From an uncultured Desulfobulbaceae bacterium (GTDB lineage: Bacteria; Desulfobacterota; Desulfobulbia; Desulfobulbales; Desulfobulbaceae): DNA of 64,000 nt. This document shows, one piece after another, positions 1 through 10,581 of this stretch. The translations under genes and the position numbers were made by a program. Location of the stretch: contig CAMYLK010000009.1 of NCBI GenBank assembly GCA_947259225.1, positions 17,599 through 81,598 on the forward strand, written 5' to 3'. The notes below the pieces were generated by a model, which ran no database searches, was not told the DNA's origin, and saw only the letters and a list, made by a program, of their open reading frames with translations. The first letter of the stretch is position 1; the number at the start of each line of letters is the position of its first letter.

Positions 1-114
1 TTCATTTCTCTCACCTTTGTCAGGATATTTTTCTAACTGGCGGGAATGATAAATGGATAATGAAAAATAAACGAGTATACCAATGGTGATCAGCAGTAGA
101 GTACGTGGTGTCAT
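1..114 (-). CDS. Partial CDS, 5' end only (runs off the left edge); small membrane protein N-terminus
   Basis: ATG at 114-112 lies 29 nt downstream of the glgB stop. It translates to MTPRTLLLITIGILVYFSLSIYHSRQLEKYPDKGERNE, which has a hydrophobic helix. No family recognised. Confidence 0.3.
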   Translation of the reverse strand, partial: MTPRTLLLITIGILVYFSLSIYHSRQLEKYPDKGERNE

Positions 115-142
115 GTGTCGGTCTGGATATTGTGAGGGCAGT

Positions 143-2071
143 TTAAACCGGTTTCAGAAATATTGTTGCCAGAGGGGGCAGAGTCAGGTCCAGGCAGTGG
201 TTATATTCGTAAGAGGGTATATCGAGACTTTGCAATTCATCGTGATTAGTAACATTACTGCCCCAATACACATCCTTGTCACTGTTAACCAGTTCAATAT
301 ATTTCCCCCCCCTCGGCACTCCTACTCTATAGTTATGGCGGACCATAGGTGTGAAGTTACAGATGATGATCAGGAAATCCTCTGGGGATTTTGCATAACG
401 GACAAATGAGAATACGGAGTTGTCCGTATCGCTGGCGTTTATCCAGTCGAAGCCGCTCCATTCAAAGTCGTTCTCGTAGAGCGCAGGTTCAGCGCGATAC
501 ACCAGGTTAAGGTCGCGAACAAACCGTTTCATTCCCTGGTGGTTATTTGCTGTCAGGGCTTCCCATTCAAGGCTTTTGTCGTGGTTCCATTCCTGCCATT
601 GTCCGAACTCACATCCCATAAAGAGGAGTTTCTTGCCCGAGTATCCCCACATGAAACCATAATAAGCTCGCAATCCTGCAAATTTCTGCCAATCATCTCC
701 GGGCATTTTATTCAGCAGAGAGCCTTTTCCATGGACGACTTCGTCATGGGAGAGGGGGAGAATGAAATTTTCGTGAAAGGCATAGAGCATCCCAAAGGTC
801 ATCTGGTTATGGTGAAATTTACGGTGGATGGGGTCCTGCTTCATATAATTCAAGGTATCGTGCATCCAGCCCATGTTCCACTTCAGGCTGAAACCAAGTC
901 CGCCAAGATAAGTAGGTTGAGAAACCATGGGCCAAGATGTTGATTCCTCGGCTATGGTCAGTATGCCAGGAAAGACACCATGCAGAACTTCGTTTGTTTT
1001 CTGGAGAAAACTAATGGCGTCGAGATTTTCCCGGCCCCCGTACCGGTTAGGAATCCATTGGCTTTCATCCCTGGAATAATCAAGATAAAGCATGGATGCA
1101 ACTGCATCTACACGCAGCCCGTCAATATGATACTTGTCCAGCCAGAACAGGGCATTGGAAATGAGAAATGAACGGACTTCCATGCGTCCGTAGTTGAAGA
1201 TCAGAGTTCCCCAGTCCTGATGTTCGCCCTGGCGAGGGTCGACATGGGAATAAAGATGGGTGCCATCAAAAAAATTGAGCCCTGCTCCATCCTTTGGAAA
1301 ATGAGCAGGTACCCAGTCAAGAATAACACCGATTCCATGTTGGTGACACTTGTCAATAAAGTACATGAAATCTTCAGTTGAACCGAAACGACTGGTTGGG
1401 GCGAAGAAACCGAGAACCTGATATCCCCATGATCCGTCGAAGGGATACTCAGCAATGGGCAGTAGCTCGATGTGGGTGTATCCCATCTCCAAGACATATG
1501 GGATGAGAGTCTCTGTGAGTTCCCTGTATGACAGGTAACGTGAACCCCATTGTTCATCTGGCACTTTGCTCCAGGATCCGAGGTGCACTTCATAAATGGA
1601 AATCGGAGCTTCAAGTGACTGGTTCTTCTGGCGGGAAATCATCCAGGCTTCATCATGCCACTGGTATTGGTCGATATCCACCACAACTGAGCCGGTGCGG
1701 GGACGTTCCTCCATGGCAAAACCAAAAGGATCGGACTTGTCAAACACCTGGTTGTCCTGAGCTGTTATGCGAAATTTGTATACACTGTATTCAGGAAGGT
1801 CTGGGATGAAAAGAGTCCAGATGCCTGAATTACTCGAAACCATCACATGACTGTCACCATTCCAGCCATTGAAGTCGCCGATGATGGATATTTTTCTGGC
1901 GTTTGGAGCCCAGACCGCAAATGCTACGCCCTGAACATCGTCAACAGTTATGAGGTGGGCACCGAACTTTTCATATGCCCGTTCGTGCGTACCTTCATTA
2001 AACAGATATTTATCAAGTTCAGTCACCCAGTTTTCAGCCTGAGTGTCCCTGGAAAGCTTTTTTTTCGTCAT
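143..2071 (-). CDS. glgB: 1,4-alpha-glucan branching enzyme (GH13)
   Basis: 642 aa. GH13 signature blocks [23 protein letters not shown] and [11 protein letters not shown]-terminal CBM48-like segment [10 protein letters not shown]. Confidence 0.95.
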   Translation of the reverse strand: MTKKKLSRDTQAENWVTELDKYLFNEGTHERAYEKFGAHLITVDDVQGVAFAVWAPNARKISIIGDFNGWNGDSHVMVSSNSGIWTLFIPDLPEYSVYKFRITAQDNQVFDKSDPFGFAMEERPRTGSVVVDIDQYQWHDEAWMISRQKNQSLEAPISIYEVHLGSWSKVPDEQWGSRYLSYRELTETLIPYVLEMGYTHIELLPIAEYPFDGSWGYQVLGFFAPTSRFGSTEDFMYFIDKCHQHGIGVILDWVPAHFPKDGAGLNFFDGTHLYSHVDPRQGEHQDWGTLIFNYGRMEVRSFLISNALFWLDKYHIDGLRVDAVASMLYLDYSRDESQWIPNRYGGRENLDAISFLQKTNEVLHGVFPGILTIAEESTSWPMVSQPTYLGGLGFSLKWNMGWMHDTLNYMKQDPIHRKFHHNQMTFGMLYAFHENFILPLSHDEVVHGKGSLLNKMPGDDWQKFAGLRAYYGFMWGYSGKKLLFMGCEFGQWQEWNHDKSLEWEALTANNHQGMKRFVRDLNLVYRAEPALYENDFEWSGFDWINASDTDNSVFSFVRYAKSPEDFLIIICNFTPMVRHNYRVGVPRGGKYIELVNSDKDVYWGSNVTNHDELQSLDIPSYEYNHCLDLTLPPLATIFLKPV

Positions 2072-2232
2072 GATGAATGTAAGCCTGGTATCAGTTATGA
2101 TTATGATATGATTAATTTAATATTATCGCAGTATTGAACAAATGTCATTGATTTTGAGCTACAAGATTGCTTGCTACACTTCAGAGTCAGTACTGCCGCC
2201 ATGTATGAAGAAACAGTGAAAAGATATTTAAC

Positions 2233-3396
2233 CTAACGGCAGAGTGTCAGTATTCCCTCGATTGTTTCCCGTGAGTATTGGTCGAGTCGCCAAATTTTAG
2301 CCAGTCGCAGGGCATTTTCAGCTATCAGGGGAATATCTTCAGGGGGAATATCAAACTCGGCAAGCCTGATAGGACTGTTGATTCTGGTGAACCAGTTTTC
2401 AAGGATTTTAACTGTTGCATTTGACGTAGGTTCAATACCGCGCAGTTCAAAATTGAAAATGCGTGAGCCGAGCTGAATGATTTTGCGGGCATCCACTATA
2501 GAATGCCATCGCAGCCAGCCGGGAATAATGACGGAAAGTCCGGCCCCATGAGGTACATCATAAAGAGCACTGAGGGAGTGCTCTATCATATGCATGGGGA
2601 AGCCTACCCTGCCAAGCCCTGCACCGGTCATCCCGTTGAGCGCCAGAGTGGCAGCCCACATCAGATCGGCCCGGGCGTTGTAATCACGAGGGTTTACCAG
2701 ACATCGATCACAGCTGTCCATCGCATTTATTATTAACCCTTCTATGAAACGGTCCTGAACCGGTGTGGCCGGGTCTTTTGTGGTCATGTAGTATTCGAGT
2801 ACATGGGCAATGGCATCAACCGCTCCATAGGCAGTGTAATCCATGGGAACAGTAAAAGTCGCTTCCGGATCGAGGATGGAAACCTTCGGGAAAAGGAGCT
2901 TGTGGCCGAAACCGAATTTTTCCCTGGTAGCGTCATGGGTAATGACCATGCCGGAATTCATTTCTGATCCTGAGGCGGCAAGGGTGAGTACCGCTGTCAT
3001 GGGAAGGGTACTTTTAATGCTTTTTTTCCCGGTAAAGAATTTCCAGACGTCGTGGTTGACAACTGATCCGGCACAGACAGCCTTGCCGCTGTCAAGAACG
3101 CTTCCTCCTCCTACCGCGACCACAACATCAATTTTATGGGCTTTGACCTTGTTTATTCCTTCCTTGACATGTGAGAGAAGCGGATTCGTTTGAACCCCGC
3201 CATGCTCTACAATTTCAAGACCTGCCTCCTTGAGCGATGAGAAAACCTGGCCGTAAACTCCATTTTTTTTAATACTTCCGCAACCATACAGGAGGAGACA
3301 TTTTTTTCCCCATAGGATCGTTTCCGGACCGATAGAAGGAATGGTCCCCCTGCCGAATATGATTTTAGTAGGGTTATGAAACACAAAGTTCTGCAT
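2233..3396 (-). CDS. Iron-containing alcohol dehydrogenase (YqhD/butanol dehydrogenase-like)
   Basis: 387 aa. GGGSVLDSGKA nucleotide-binding motif and His-rich metal site HMIEHSLSALYDVPHGAGLS. Confidence 0.85.
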   Translation of the reverse strand: MQNFVFHNPTKIIFGRGTIPSIGPETILWGKKCLLLYGCGSIKKNGVYGQVFSSLKEAGLEIVEHGGVQTNPLLSHVKEGINKVKAHKIDVVVAVGGGSVLDSGKAVCAGSVVNHDVWKFFTGKKSIKSTLPMTAVLTLAASGSEMNSGMVITHDATREKFGFGHKLLFPKVSILDPEATFTVPMDYTAYGAVDAIAHVLEYYMTTKDPATPVQDRFIEGLIINAMDSCDRCLVNPRDYNARADLMWAATLALNGMTGAGLGRVGFPMHMIEHSLSALYDVPHGAGLSVIIPGWLRWHSIVDARKIIQLGSRIFNFELRGIEPTSNATVKILENWFTRINSPIRLAEFDIPPEDIPLIAENALRLAKIWRLDQYSRETIEGILTLCR

Positions 3397-3421
3397 GATT
3401 CACCTGCTTGCAGTTATTAAT

Positions 3422-4297
3422 TCAACTGTTTACCCGAGAAGAACGAAGGGATTGTATACAGTTTGTCAGGGTAACAAACTGTACAAGGGAAAGTCGCTCA
3501 GCCCGTTCTGAAACTGAAAGGCCAGCATGTGTAATGGTCTCCGCCATGGTTTTTTTATCAGGCGCGAGGTTGGCTGAACTGAGTGCATTGAGCAGTGTCT
3601 TTCGACGCTTGCCAAAAGCAGCGTTGACAACCTGCCTGAAAAGTTTGCGGTTAAAAGCTGGTGATTTACTTACCAGGTCAGGTACAGGCAGAAATGAGAG
3701 TTTGACTACCATTGAGTCAACTTTTGGCCTCGGATGAAATTCACCTGCCTTGACATTTAAAAGAGGGGTGATGGTGGCGCAACTCGCCATGAGGACAGTC
3801 GGTGCGCCATAAACCTTGGTACCGGGTTCGGCAGCAAGTCGCAGCGCAACTTCTTTCTGGAGCATAATGACAGCCCAGTCCATAAGCTCGTAATGTTCAA
3901 TCAGGCGGAAAAGAAAAGGAGATGAAATCGAGTAGGGCAGGTTGGCCAGTATCTTCAGGTGGCCGCCGCATATTCTGGCAAGTTCATGAAAGTCGGCTTT
4001 CAGGATGTCCTGATGTATCAGCTGGACATTATCAGGAAGGTCGTTTTCCTGTTCATGGAATCGAATGAGACCTGAATCGGTTTCTATACCTATGATCTGT
4101 TTAACTCTTAACGATAACGGATGTGTCAAAGCTCCCAGCCCAACTCCTACTTCAATGACAGTATCATCCGAGTTCAAGTCGGCATGCTCAACGATTCGCT
4201 CAGCTGTATGACGATGGACCAGGAAATTCTGTCCCCTTTTTTTATGGGGAGCCAGGCCCTGTTGTTCAAGAACTGATTTTGTATTCTGGTAAACCAT
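3422..4297 (-). CDS. rsmA: 16S rRNA (adenine1518/1519-N6)-dimethyltransferase
   Basis: 291 aa. SAM motif VIEVGVGLGALT, NLPYSISSP motif, KRGQNFL near the N-terminus. Confidence 0.93.
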   Translation of the reverse strand: MVYQNTKSVLEQQGLAPHKKRGQNFLVHRHTAERIVEHADLNSDDTVIEVGVGLGALTHPLSLRVKQIIGIETDSGLIRFHEQENDLPDNVQLIHQDILKADFHELARICGGHLKILANLPYSISSPFLFRLIEHYELMDWAVIMLQKEVALRLAAEPGTKVYGAPTVLMASCATITPLLNVKAGEFHPRPKVDSMVVKLSFLPVPDLVSKSPAFNRKLFRQVVNAAFGKRRKTLLNALSSANLAPDKKTMAETITHAGLSVSERAERLSLVQFVTLTNCIQSLRSSRVNS

Positions 4298-4305
4298 TCG
4301 GCTTT

Positions 4306-4809
4306 TCAGTTGAGCAACTGCTTTTGTCGACGTTTTTCCCTGATTTTGATGAAAAAGCGCAGGGAATAATAATAGGTTAAAAAAGTAAAGGGCAGTGCGA
4401 CTAGTATACCGCCGGTCATCATGACAAGAACTGCATCAACACTCAAGTGGCTGATGGTTTTGAGGCTGTCCGCAATCCCCTGGGTTGTAAGTACATCCAA
4501 AACTTCCTTGATCCGTTCCCAGGTTAAACGGTCCGGCAGGATGGTGTCACCGACTTTCCAGCTGATGTAATATTGCGGAACAAAAGTCAGTGGATTGCTG
4601 ACAACGGTTGCAGCAATAAGTGCGGCAATGGTACTTACCCTCATCAGGAGGGTAACTCCGATGATGGCGACAGTATGTAATGGCAGGGTCGGAGTAATGC
4701 CAATGAACACACCCACCGCCGCTCCCAGGGCAAGTGATCTCGGGTCGCCGCGCAGCCTTTTGAAGCGCAGTGAGTAATAGCGTGCGACTCTTTGCAGATT
4801 AAAAGCCAT
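4306..4809 (-). CDS. DUF2062-like integral membrane protein
   Basis: 167 aa. GDPRSLALGAAVGVFIGITPTLPLH followed by several hydrophobic helices. Confidence 0.55.
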   Translation of the reverse strand: MAFNLQRVARYYSLRFKRLRGDPRSLALGAAVGVFIGITPTLPLHTVAIIGVTLLMRVSTIAALIAATVVSNPLTFVPQYYISWKVGDTILPDRLTWERIKEVLDVLTTQGIADSLKTISHLSVDAVLVMMTGGILVALPFTFLTYYYSLRFFIKIREKRRQKQLLN

Positions 4810-4811
4810 TG

Positions 4812-5816
4812 TCAGTGAAGTGGTGACCGGGAATAGACGTCATCGTCAGGAGAGACAAAATGTCCACGTTGATAGCTGTAATAACCTGCCAGCCCGATCA
4901 TGGCGGCGTTGTCCGTGCAGAAAACTGGGCGGGGAATATACAGGTCAAAATTCTCTGCATCGCAACGTTGTCTCATCATGTTCCGCAGCCTCTTATTAGA
5001 TGCGACTCCGCCGCCAAGAACAACCGTATTAATTTCGTTCCTGACAGCGGCGCGTATTGTTTTTTCAACCAGAACGTCAACAACAGCTTCCTGGAAAGAA
5101 GCACAGATATCCTCAACAGGAAGTAAGGCACCTTGCTGTTGAAGTTTGTGAACATGATTGACCACTGCTGTTTTCAGTCCGCTGAAACTGAAGTCAAGGC
5201 TGTCCTTGTCCAGCCATGCCCGGGGAAAAGATATTGACTGGGGGTCACCATTTTCTGCAATTTCACTGACTATCGGGCCGCCGGGGTAACCGAGATCAAG
5301 AAGTTTTGCTACCTTGTCAAAGGCCTCACCGGCAGCATCATCACGAGTTCGCCCCAGGCAGTGGAATGTGGCATGATCAGCCACTTTGTATATGGAAGAG
5401 TTACCCCCTGATACCACAAGAGCTACATAAGGAAAACCGGGGCCGGGATGATCGAGAAAAGAAGAGAGGAGGTGACCAGCCATATGATCTATTCCTACAC
5501 AGGGAATATCTTGAACAAGGGCGAGTCCCTTGGCAAAAGTAAATCCGACCAGAAGCGACCCGATCAGTCCGGGACCCTGAGTTGCCGCAATGACATCTAT
5601 CTGGTCAAGTTCGACATCTGCTTCTGCCAGGGCTTCCAGGACAACCGGCCAAATCGACTCGATGTGACAGCGAGATGCCAGTTCCGGTACTATTCCACCA
5701 AATCGTGCGTGGACATCAAACTGGCTGCTCACAACATTTGAAAGGACAGTTTTGTCATCTTCCAGGACGGCCGCGGCTGTATCATCACAGGAGCTTTCAA
5801 TGGCAAGTATCAGCAT
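4812..5816 (-). CDS. tsaD: tRNA N6-adenosine threonylcarbamoyltransferase
   Basis: 334 aa. ILAIESSCDDTAAAV N-terminus, GIDHMAGH metal motif, Kae1/TsaD fold signature throughout. Confidence 0.95.
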   Translation of the reverse strand: MLILAIESSCDDTAAAVLEDDKTVLSNVVSSQFDVHARFGGIVPELASRCHIESIWPVVLEALAEADVELDQIDVIAATQGPGLIGSLLVGFTFAKGLALVQDIPCVGIDHMAGHLLSSFLDHPGPGFPYVALVVSGGNSSIYKVADHATFHCLGRTRDDAAGEAFDKVAKLLDLGYPGGPIVSEIAENGDPQSISFPRAWLDKDSLDFSFSGLKTAVVNHVHKLQQQGALLPVEDICASFQEAVVDVLVEKTIRAAVRNEINTVVLGGGVASNKRLRNMMRQRCDAENFDLYIPRPVFCTDNAAMIGLAGYYSYQRGHFVSPDDDVYSRSPLH

Positions 5817-6314
5817 TTGGGCTAATCCGTTTTGGAATCAGTAGTGTCCAGTGGTAACAATCTGAATACATTTGTTCATCAATATAAAGTATGATGTGGT
5901 AAATGACAACTGGAACAGATGACGCTATTACGAATCATGAAGAATATAGAATATCCATCTGCGCCAGAAAATTGAAGTCTGGATGATGGGTTGTGAAGAA
6001 CGATCTCTTATCTTCGGCTTTTTCTGTCAAATCGATGTAATCTCAGGCGTTTCTATTGTAAACAGGAAGATCAGTCCCATGCCGAAAGTTAAATTTTGTA
6101 GGCACGGTCCGGCTTTTCCGGTTTGGAAATGGAAGCGGGGTTGTCGGACTCATTGGATTCATAAGCGGCTGAGCTTTCATTACGTGAAAGCAAGCAACAG
6201 CCAGGTGGCAACTTCTGAAGGAAAATTATGGTCCGGTCTGCAAAATTATGAAAAGGTAAGCGTTACTGCCCTCTCTGCTGTTAGGAAAAAATCGGCGGGT
6301 AACGGCAGACCCCC

Positions 6315-7400
6315 TTATTCCAGAACACCTGCCTGGGGATAGGATCCCAGCCATTCGTAGTAGGAACAGGTCTGACGCAGAATATTACAGGCCTCTCCAA
6401 TAACAGGATCTTCCATATGTCCAAGCATATCCAGGAAAAAAAGGTAGGTCCACTGTTTTCCTTTTACAGGTCGTGATTCGATTTTTGCCAGGTTGATATT
6501 TTTCGAAGACAGGATTGTCAGGACCTCGTTTAGAGCTCCTGGACGGTCAAGCAGCCCAAGGAGCAGGGACGTTTTATCGTTGCCGCTGGTATTGGGCGAT
6601 TTTTTGCCGATCACCAGGAAACGGGTTGTATTGCCCTGATAGTCTTCTATTCCCTTGACCACGACCTGCAATTCATATGTTTTGATTGCCAGTGAACTGG
6701 CAATGGCACCGATATTTGGATTGTTTGCAGCCATCTGCGCGGCAGCACCGGTTGAGAAAACAGGTAGAGTAGGAATGCTGGGCAGGTTTTTTTTCAACCA
6801 TTCCCGGCATTGTGCCAGTGGTTGCGCATGGGAGGCTACCGTCTGGATGTCTCCTATATTTCCTGAACGGCATACCAGATTATGCGTTATGGGAAGTTGG
6901 ATTTCACCGCATATTTTAACGCTGTATTTCATGAATGAGTCAAGCGTGGAGAATACCGCTCCTTCTATTGAATTCTCAACCGGAACAATGCCGTATTGGG
7001 TTCGGCTTTTATCCACCTCGCTGAAAACTTCATCGATCGATTCCAAGGCCTTGTAGCTCGCTGAATGCCCGAAATATCTAACACCGGCAAGGTGAGTAAA
7101 GGTTGCCTCCGGGCCAAGATAGGCAACTTCAATTTTTTTCTGGGACAACCGGCAGCTGGTGATGATTTCATGAAAAATAGAGATGAGTGATTTTTCCGGA
7201 AAAACATTGTCGTTTTCCTCAATGAGGCGCGAGTAAATATCCCGTTCCCGTTTAGGGTCCCATTTAGCTCTTTTGGTTTCTGCTTTCAGTTTGCCGATCT
7301 CCTGGGCGTAGCCTATACGGTATTTGAGGAGTTCGAGAATTTTATCATCACCTGCATCTATTTTTTGACGCAAGTCTCTGATTGTCGGTTTTTTCGTCAT
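6315..7400 (-). CDS. pheA: Bifunctional chorismate mutase / prephenate dehydratase
   Basis: 361 aa. N-terminal CM helix (IRDLRQKIDAGDDKILELLKYR), PDT block VAYLGPEATFTH, ACT domain with the DRPGAL and ESRP motifs. Confidence 0.93.
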   Translation of the reverse strand: MTKKPTIRDLRQKIDAGDDKILELLKYRIGYAQEIGKLKAETKRAKWDPKRERDIYSRLIEENDNVFPEKSLISIFHEIITSCRLSQKKIEVAYLGPEATFTHLAGVRYFGHSASYKALESIDEVFSEVDKSRTQYGIVPVENSIEGAVFSTLDSFMKYSVKICGEIQLPITHNLVCRSGNIGDIQTVASHAQPLAQCREWLKKNLPSIPTLPVFSTGAAAQMAANNPNIGAIASSLAIKTYELQVVVKGIEDYQGNTTRFLVIGKKSPNTSGNDKTSLLLGLLDRPGALNEVLTILSSKNINLAKIESRPVKGKQWTYLFFLDMLGHMEDPVIGEACNILRQTCSYYEWLGSYPQAGVLE

Positions 7401-7604
7401 AGCTCTGGGTTAGATATAAAAAGATTGATATGTTTTTTATTACTTGTTCATTTATTGGAGCCGATTTTTTCATGCTAAAGCATCTTACCGAACTTGCAAA
7501 GAAAAAATTGAAAAGGCTTGCGCTTCACATGTTTTTCAATAATATAGCCTGAGCGGGTAGAGAGTGTACCCTTGTCTTAAAAAAATTACTGGAGCGCTGG
7601 AACC

Positions 7605-8798
7605 ATGAGCGAATATAAGGTGAAAAAAAGCTACGCTGAAATTAATGCCCGCATTAAAGCCGGAGAGGCTGTTGTGGTCACCGCCGAGGAAATGATTGAC
7701 ATTGTCGATCAAAATGGGCCGGTGGAAGCGGCACGTAAGGTTGATGTGGTGACCACCGGTACATTTTCAACAATGTGTTCTTCAGGGGCTTTCTTCAATT
7801 TTGGCCAGACAACCCCGACTATCAAGGCTGCAAAAGTATGGGTCAATAAGGTTCCGGCTTATGCAGGACTTGCCGCAGTTGATATCTATCTTGGGGCCAC
7901 GGAACCGTCTGAAGATGATCCACTTAACAAGGTATACCCGGGCGAGTTTCGTTACGGCGGTGGACATATTATAGAAGACCTGGTTGCCGGTAAGAAAATA
8001 TTTCTTGAAGCAAAAGCCTATCCCACTGACTGCTACGCAAACAGAAAATGCAAGAAAGAGCTTACGCTGGCAGATTTACCCTATGCTCTTCTATGCAACC
8101 CACGTAACGGTTATCAGAATTATAACTGCGCTGTGAATTTATCAGACAGAACCATTTATACGTACATGGGAACACTGAAACCGCAGTGCCGTAATGCAAA
8201 TTACTGCAGTGCAGGTGAATTGAGTCCGTTGATGAATGATCCTTTTTACAGGACAATCGGTTTGGGAACCAGGATATTTCTTGGAGGGGGAATCGGGTAT
8301 GTAACCTGGAACGGCACCCAGCATAATCCCGGCACCCCGAGGAGTGAAAACGGAACCCCGAGACGGCCTTCCGGAACATTAATGGTCCAGGGTGATCTGA
8401 AACAGATGTCTGCCCGGTGGCTTCGCGGGGTAAGCCTGCAGGGTTACGGCTGTTCAATTGCGGTGGGCCTGGGGATTCCCATTCCTGTTCTTGATGAGGA
8501 AATGGCCATGTTTACCGGTGTGTCGGATAAAGATATCTACACCCAGGTAGTCGATTATGGCAATGATTATACCAACGGCATCCAGCGGAATTACGGTGAA
8601 GTCAGCTATGCGCAACTTCGATCCGGAGAGATTGAAGTGGCTGGTAAAAAGGTGCCTACAGCTCCTTTGTCCAGCAGAGTAAAGGCCCTGGAAATTGCCG
8701 AGTGTCTGAAAAAATGGATTGTAGACAGGAAGTTCGAACTGGGAGAACCGGTGGCGCATTTCCCCACGGTTGATTACTCTACGGATATTAAAGAATAA
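7605..8798 (+). CDS. COG1900/DUF39 family protein (homocysteine biosynthesis-type sulfur incorporation enzyme)
   Basis: 397 aa. N-terminal block AVVVTAEEM...VDVVTTGTF and overall resemblance to the methanogen/Desulfobacterota COG1900 family. No fused CBS or ferredoxin domain visible. Confidence 0.7.
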   Translation: MSEYKVKKSYAEINARIKAGEAVVVTAEEMIDIVDQNGPVEAARKVDVVTTGTFSTMCSSGAFFNFGQTTPTIKAAKVWVNKVPAYAGLAAVDIYLGATEPSEDDPLNKVYPGEFRYGGGHIIEDLVAGKKIFLEAKAYPTDCYANRKCKKELTLADLPYALLCNPRNGYQNYNCAVNLSDRTIYTYMGTLKPQCRNANYCSAGELSPLMNDPFYRTIGLGTRIFLGGGIGYVTWNGTQHNPGTPRSENGTPRRPSGTLMVQGDLKQMSARWLRGVSLQGYGCSIAVGLGIPIPVLDEEMAMFTGVSDKDIYTQVVDYGNDYTNGIQRNYGEVSYAQLRSGEIEVAGKKVPTAPLSSRVKALEIAECLKKWIVDRKFELGEPVAHFPTVDYSTDIKE

Positions 8799-8828
8799 CC
8801 GTGCACTTATTATTCAGGTGATATAGGC

Positions 8829-9629
8829 TTGCATTTAACGGAAAAGAAAAAAAAACTTTTTCAGATTCTTGAAGAATACGGCAGTGTTGCTATTGCCTTT
8901 TCCGGCGGAGCCGACAGTTCTCTGCTTCTCCGGTGCGCCATTGAATCGCTGGGGACGGACAGAATATTAGCTCTTACTTCCAGGTCCTGCCTGCTTACTC
9001 AACAGGAAATTGTCAGGGTAAGCGACTGGTTTCCCCGTAACACTCCTCATTTGGATATTGATCACGAGTTTGTAGATTTTGATCCGCTTGCCCGGGATGA
9101 ATTTGTCTCTAATCCGGCAGACCGCTGTTATCTCTGTAAAAAAAGAGTATATGGCCTGTTTTTTGACAGGGCCGTAAAGAAAGGGTTTCATACCCTGATT
9201 GACGGAACAAATGCAGACGATATGAAAAGTGATCGTCCCGGATTAAAAGCATTGCGGGAACTCCAGATAGGTACGCCCCTTGCCGATGCCGGTTTTTCAA
9301 AAGATGAGGTGCGGACCCTGAGTAAAGAAATCGGATTGAGCACGTGGGAGCAGCCGACATCATCTTGCCTGGCAACCCGAATACCAAGCGGGCTTCAAAT
9401 AACCAGGCAGAGAATTAATACTGTTGAAAGGTGTGAATCGGCCTTGATTGAAATGGGGTTTGCAGGTTGCCGGTTCCGTCTTGACCGACTTGATCCTGAA
9501 ACCGGATATGTTCAAGTGCAAACACAAGATGTTGTACGCATATCACAGGATGAAGCCCGCTGTAAACTACTTGGGATTTTTAATGATTTCGGTATGAAGC
9601 GGGTGTATATCGATATGTATGGCCGATGA
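8829..9629 (+). CDS. LarE-like ATP-dependent sulfur transferase (PP-loop ATP pyrophosphatase, TIGR00268-like)
   Basis: 266 aa, TTG start. PP-loop AFSGGADSS. The LarE-type SSCLATR cysteine plus an upstream CYLC pair gives three conserved Cys. Confidence 0.75.
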   Translation: MHLTEKKKKLFQILEEYGSVAIAFSGGADSSLLLRCAIESLGTDRILALTSRSCLLTQQEIVRVSDWFPRNTPHLDIDHEFVDFDPLARDEFVSNPADRCYLCKKRVYGLFFDRAVKKGFHTLIDGTNADDMKSDRPGLKALRELQIGTPLADAGFSKDEVRTLSKEIGLSTWEQPTSSCLATRIPSGLQITRQRINTVERCESALIEMGFAGCRFRLDRLDPETGYVQVQTQDVVRISQDEARCKLLGIFNDFGMKRVYIDMYGR

Positions 9630-9835
9630 TCTATATCGAGGTTTAGAGGAAACAATATAGTTACATTCGTCTAAAAACATGCACTGTTGGGAGAAAACGC
9701 ATTTTTTCCTTTGACAAAGTATTTTGTTTTGTATTAAATCAAACAATATCGATGACAGGTTGTAAAAAAGGATTTACACCTGACCAGCCTTTGGTGCCTC
9801 GGTGGCAATACTCTTAAAAAGAACGGGAGGGAAGT

Positions 9836-10111
9836 ATGAACAAGAAGGAATTAGTTGAAGCTATGGCAGGTGCAGCGGATATTAGTAAAGCCGCAGCAGA
9901 AAAAGCACTGAACGGCATGCTGATGTCCGTTACAAAAGCCCTGTCCAAGGGTGACAAGGTAACACTTGTTGGTTTTGGTACCTTTTCTGTTGTGAAACGC
10001 GCCAAGCGTAAAGCCAAAAACCCGCGTACCGGCGAAATGATTAAAATTCCTGCCAAGAAAGTTGCAAAGTTCAAACCAGGTAGCAAGCTTGCCGATGCTG
10101 TAAAAAAATAA
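9836..10111 (+). CDS. hup: DNA-binding protein HU
   Basis: 91 aa. [37 protein letters not shown] arm motif. Confidence 0.95.
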   Translation: MNKKELVEAMAGAADISKAAAEKALNGMLMSVTKALSKGDKVTLVGFGTFSVVKRAKRKAKNPRTGEMIKIPAKKVAKFKPGSKLADAVKK

Positions 10112-10137
10112 TTTTTTACAGAAAGAATTTTTTAAAA

Positions 10138-10170
10138 CAGCTGGCAATTTTGCCGGCTGTTTTTTATTTT
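10138..10170 (+). terminator. Rho-independent terminator after hup
   Basis: CAGCTGGCA-ATTT-TGCCGGCTG stem (9 bp, one G-U) followed by TTTTTTATTTT. Confidence 0.8.
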
Positions 10171-10183
10171 GGAGTATCGAAGT

Positions 10184-10260
10184 CGGGAAGTGGCTCAGTC
10201 TGGTAGAGCACAGCGTTCGGGACGCTGGGGTCGGAGGTTCAAATCCTCTCTTCCCGACCA
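10184..10260 (+). tRNA. tRNA-Pro (anticodon CGG)
   Basis: Hand-folded 77-nt cloverleaf. Acceptor CGGGAAG/CTTCCCG, U8, D arm GCTC/GAGC, anticodon stem CAGCG/CGCTG with loop TTCGGGA (CGG, G37), T arm GGAGG-TTCAAAT-CCTCT, discriminator A, encoded CCA. Confidence 0.92.
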
Positions 10261-10581
10261 GTTTTCAACTCAAACCACCAGCACAGAAAAGACTCTACCA
10301 ATCACAGCACAGCATTTATTTCTTCTTTTTCTCGAAGAGCAGTTTCTCCCCATCGAAATTGACATTTCTCAGTCAAAATTCATATAATTTAAACAGGGTA
10401 TAACTTTTATTCCATAACGGTTTATATGAATGGATGAAATGATTTTTTTATTTGTTTCATCCTTTTATACAAGTACGTATCATGTATGGGGAAGTAAGGA
10501 TGGGTTAAGCAGCCGAAGCTTATTTTTGGGTCAGTCTAAATTGAAGATGTTTTGACAGTAAAACTTTTCAATGAGGTGGAT

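Noticed and set aside
5983-6342. 119-aa plus-strand ORF in the tsaD-pheA gap
   Set aside because: The composition is not protein-like (W/C/R/K-rich with no recognisable motif), there is no RBS, and it overlaps the 3' end of pheA on the opposite strand. Treated as non-coding.
7401-7604. Possible SAM/methionine riboswitch upstream of the COG1900 homocysteine-type gene
   Set aside because: No SAM-I/II/SAH-like conserved cores recognised. Only a 5-bp GGGTA/TACCC hairpin is present.
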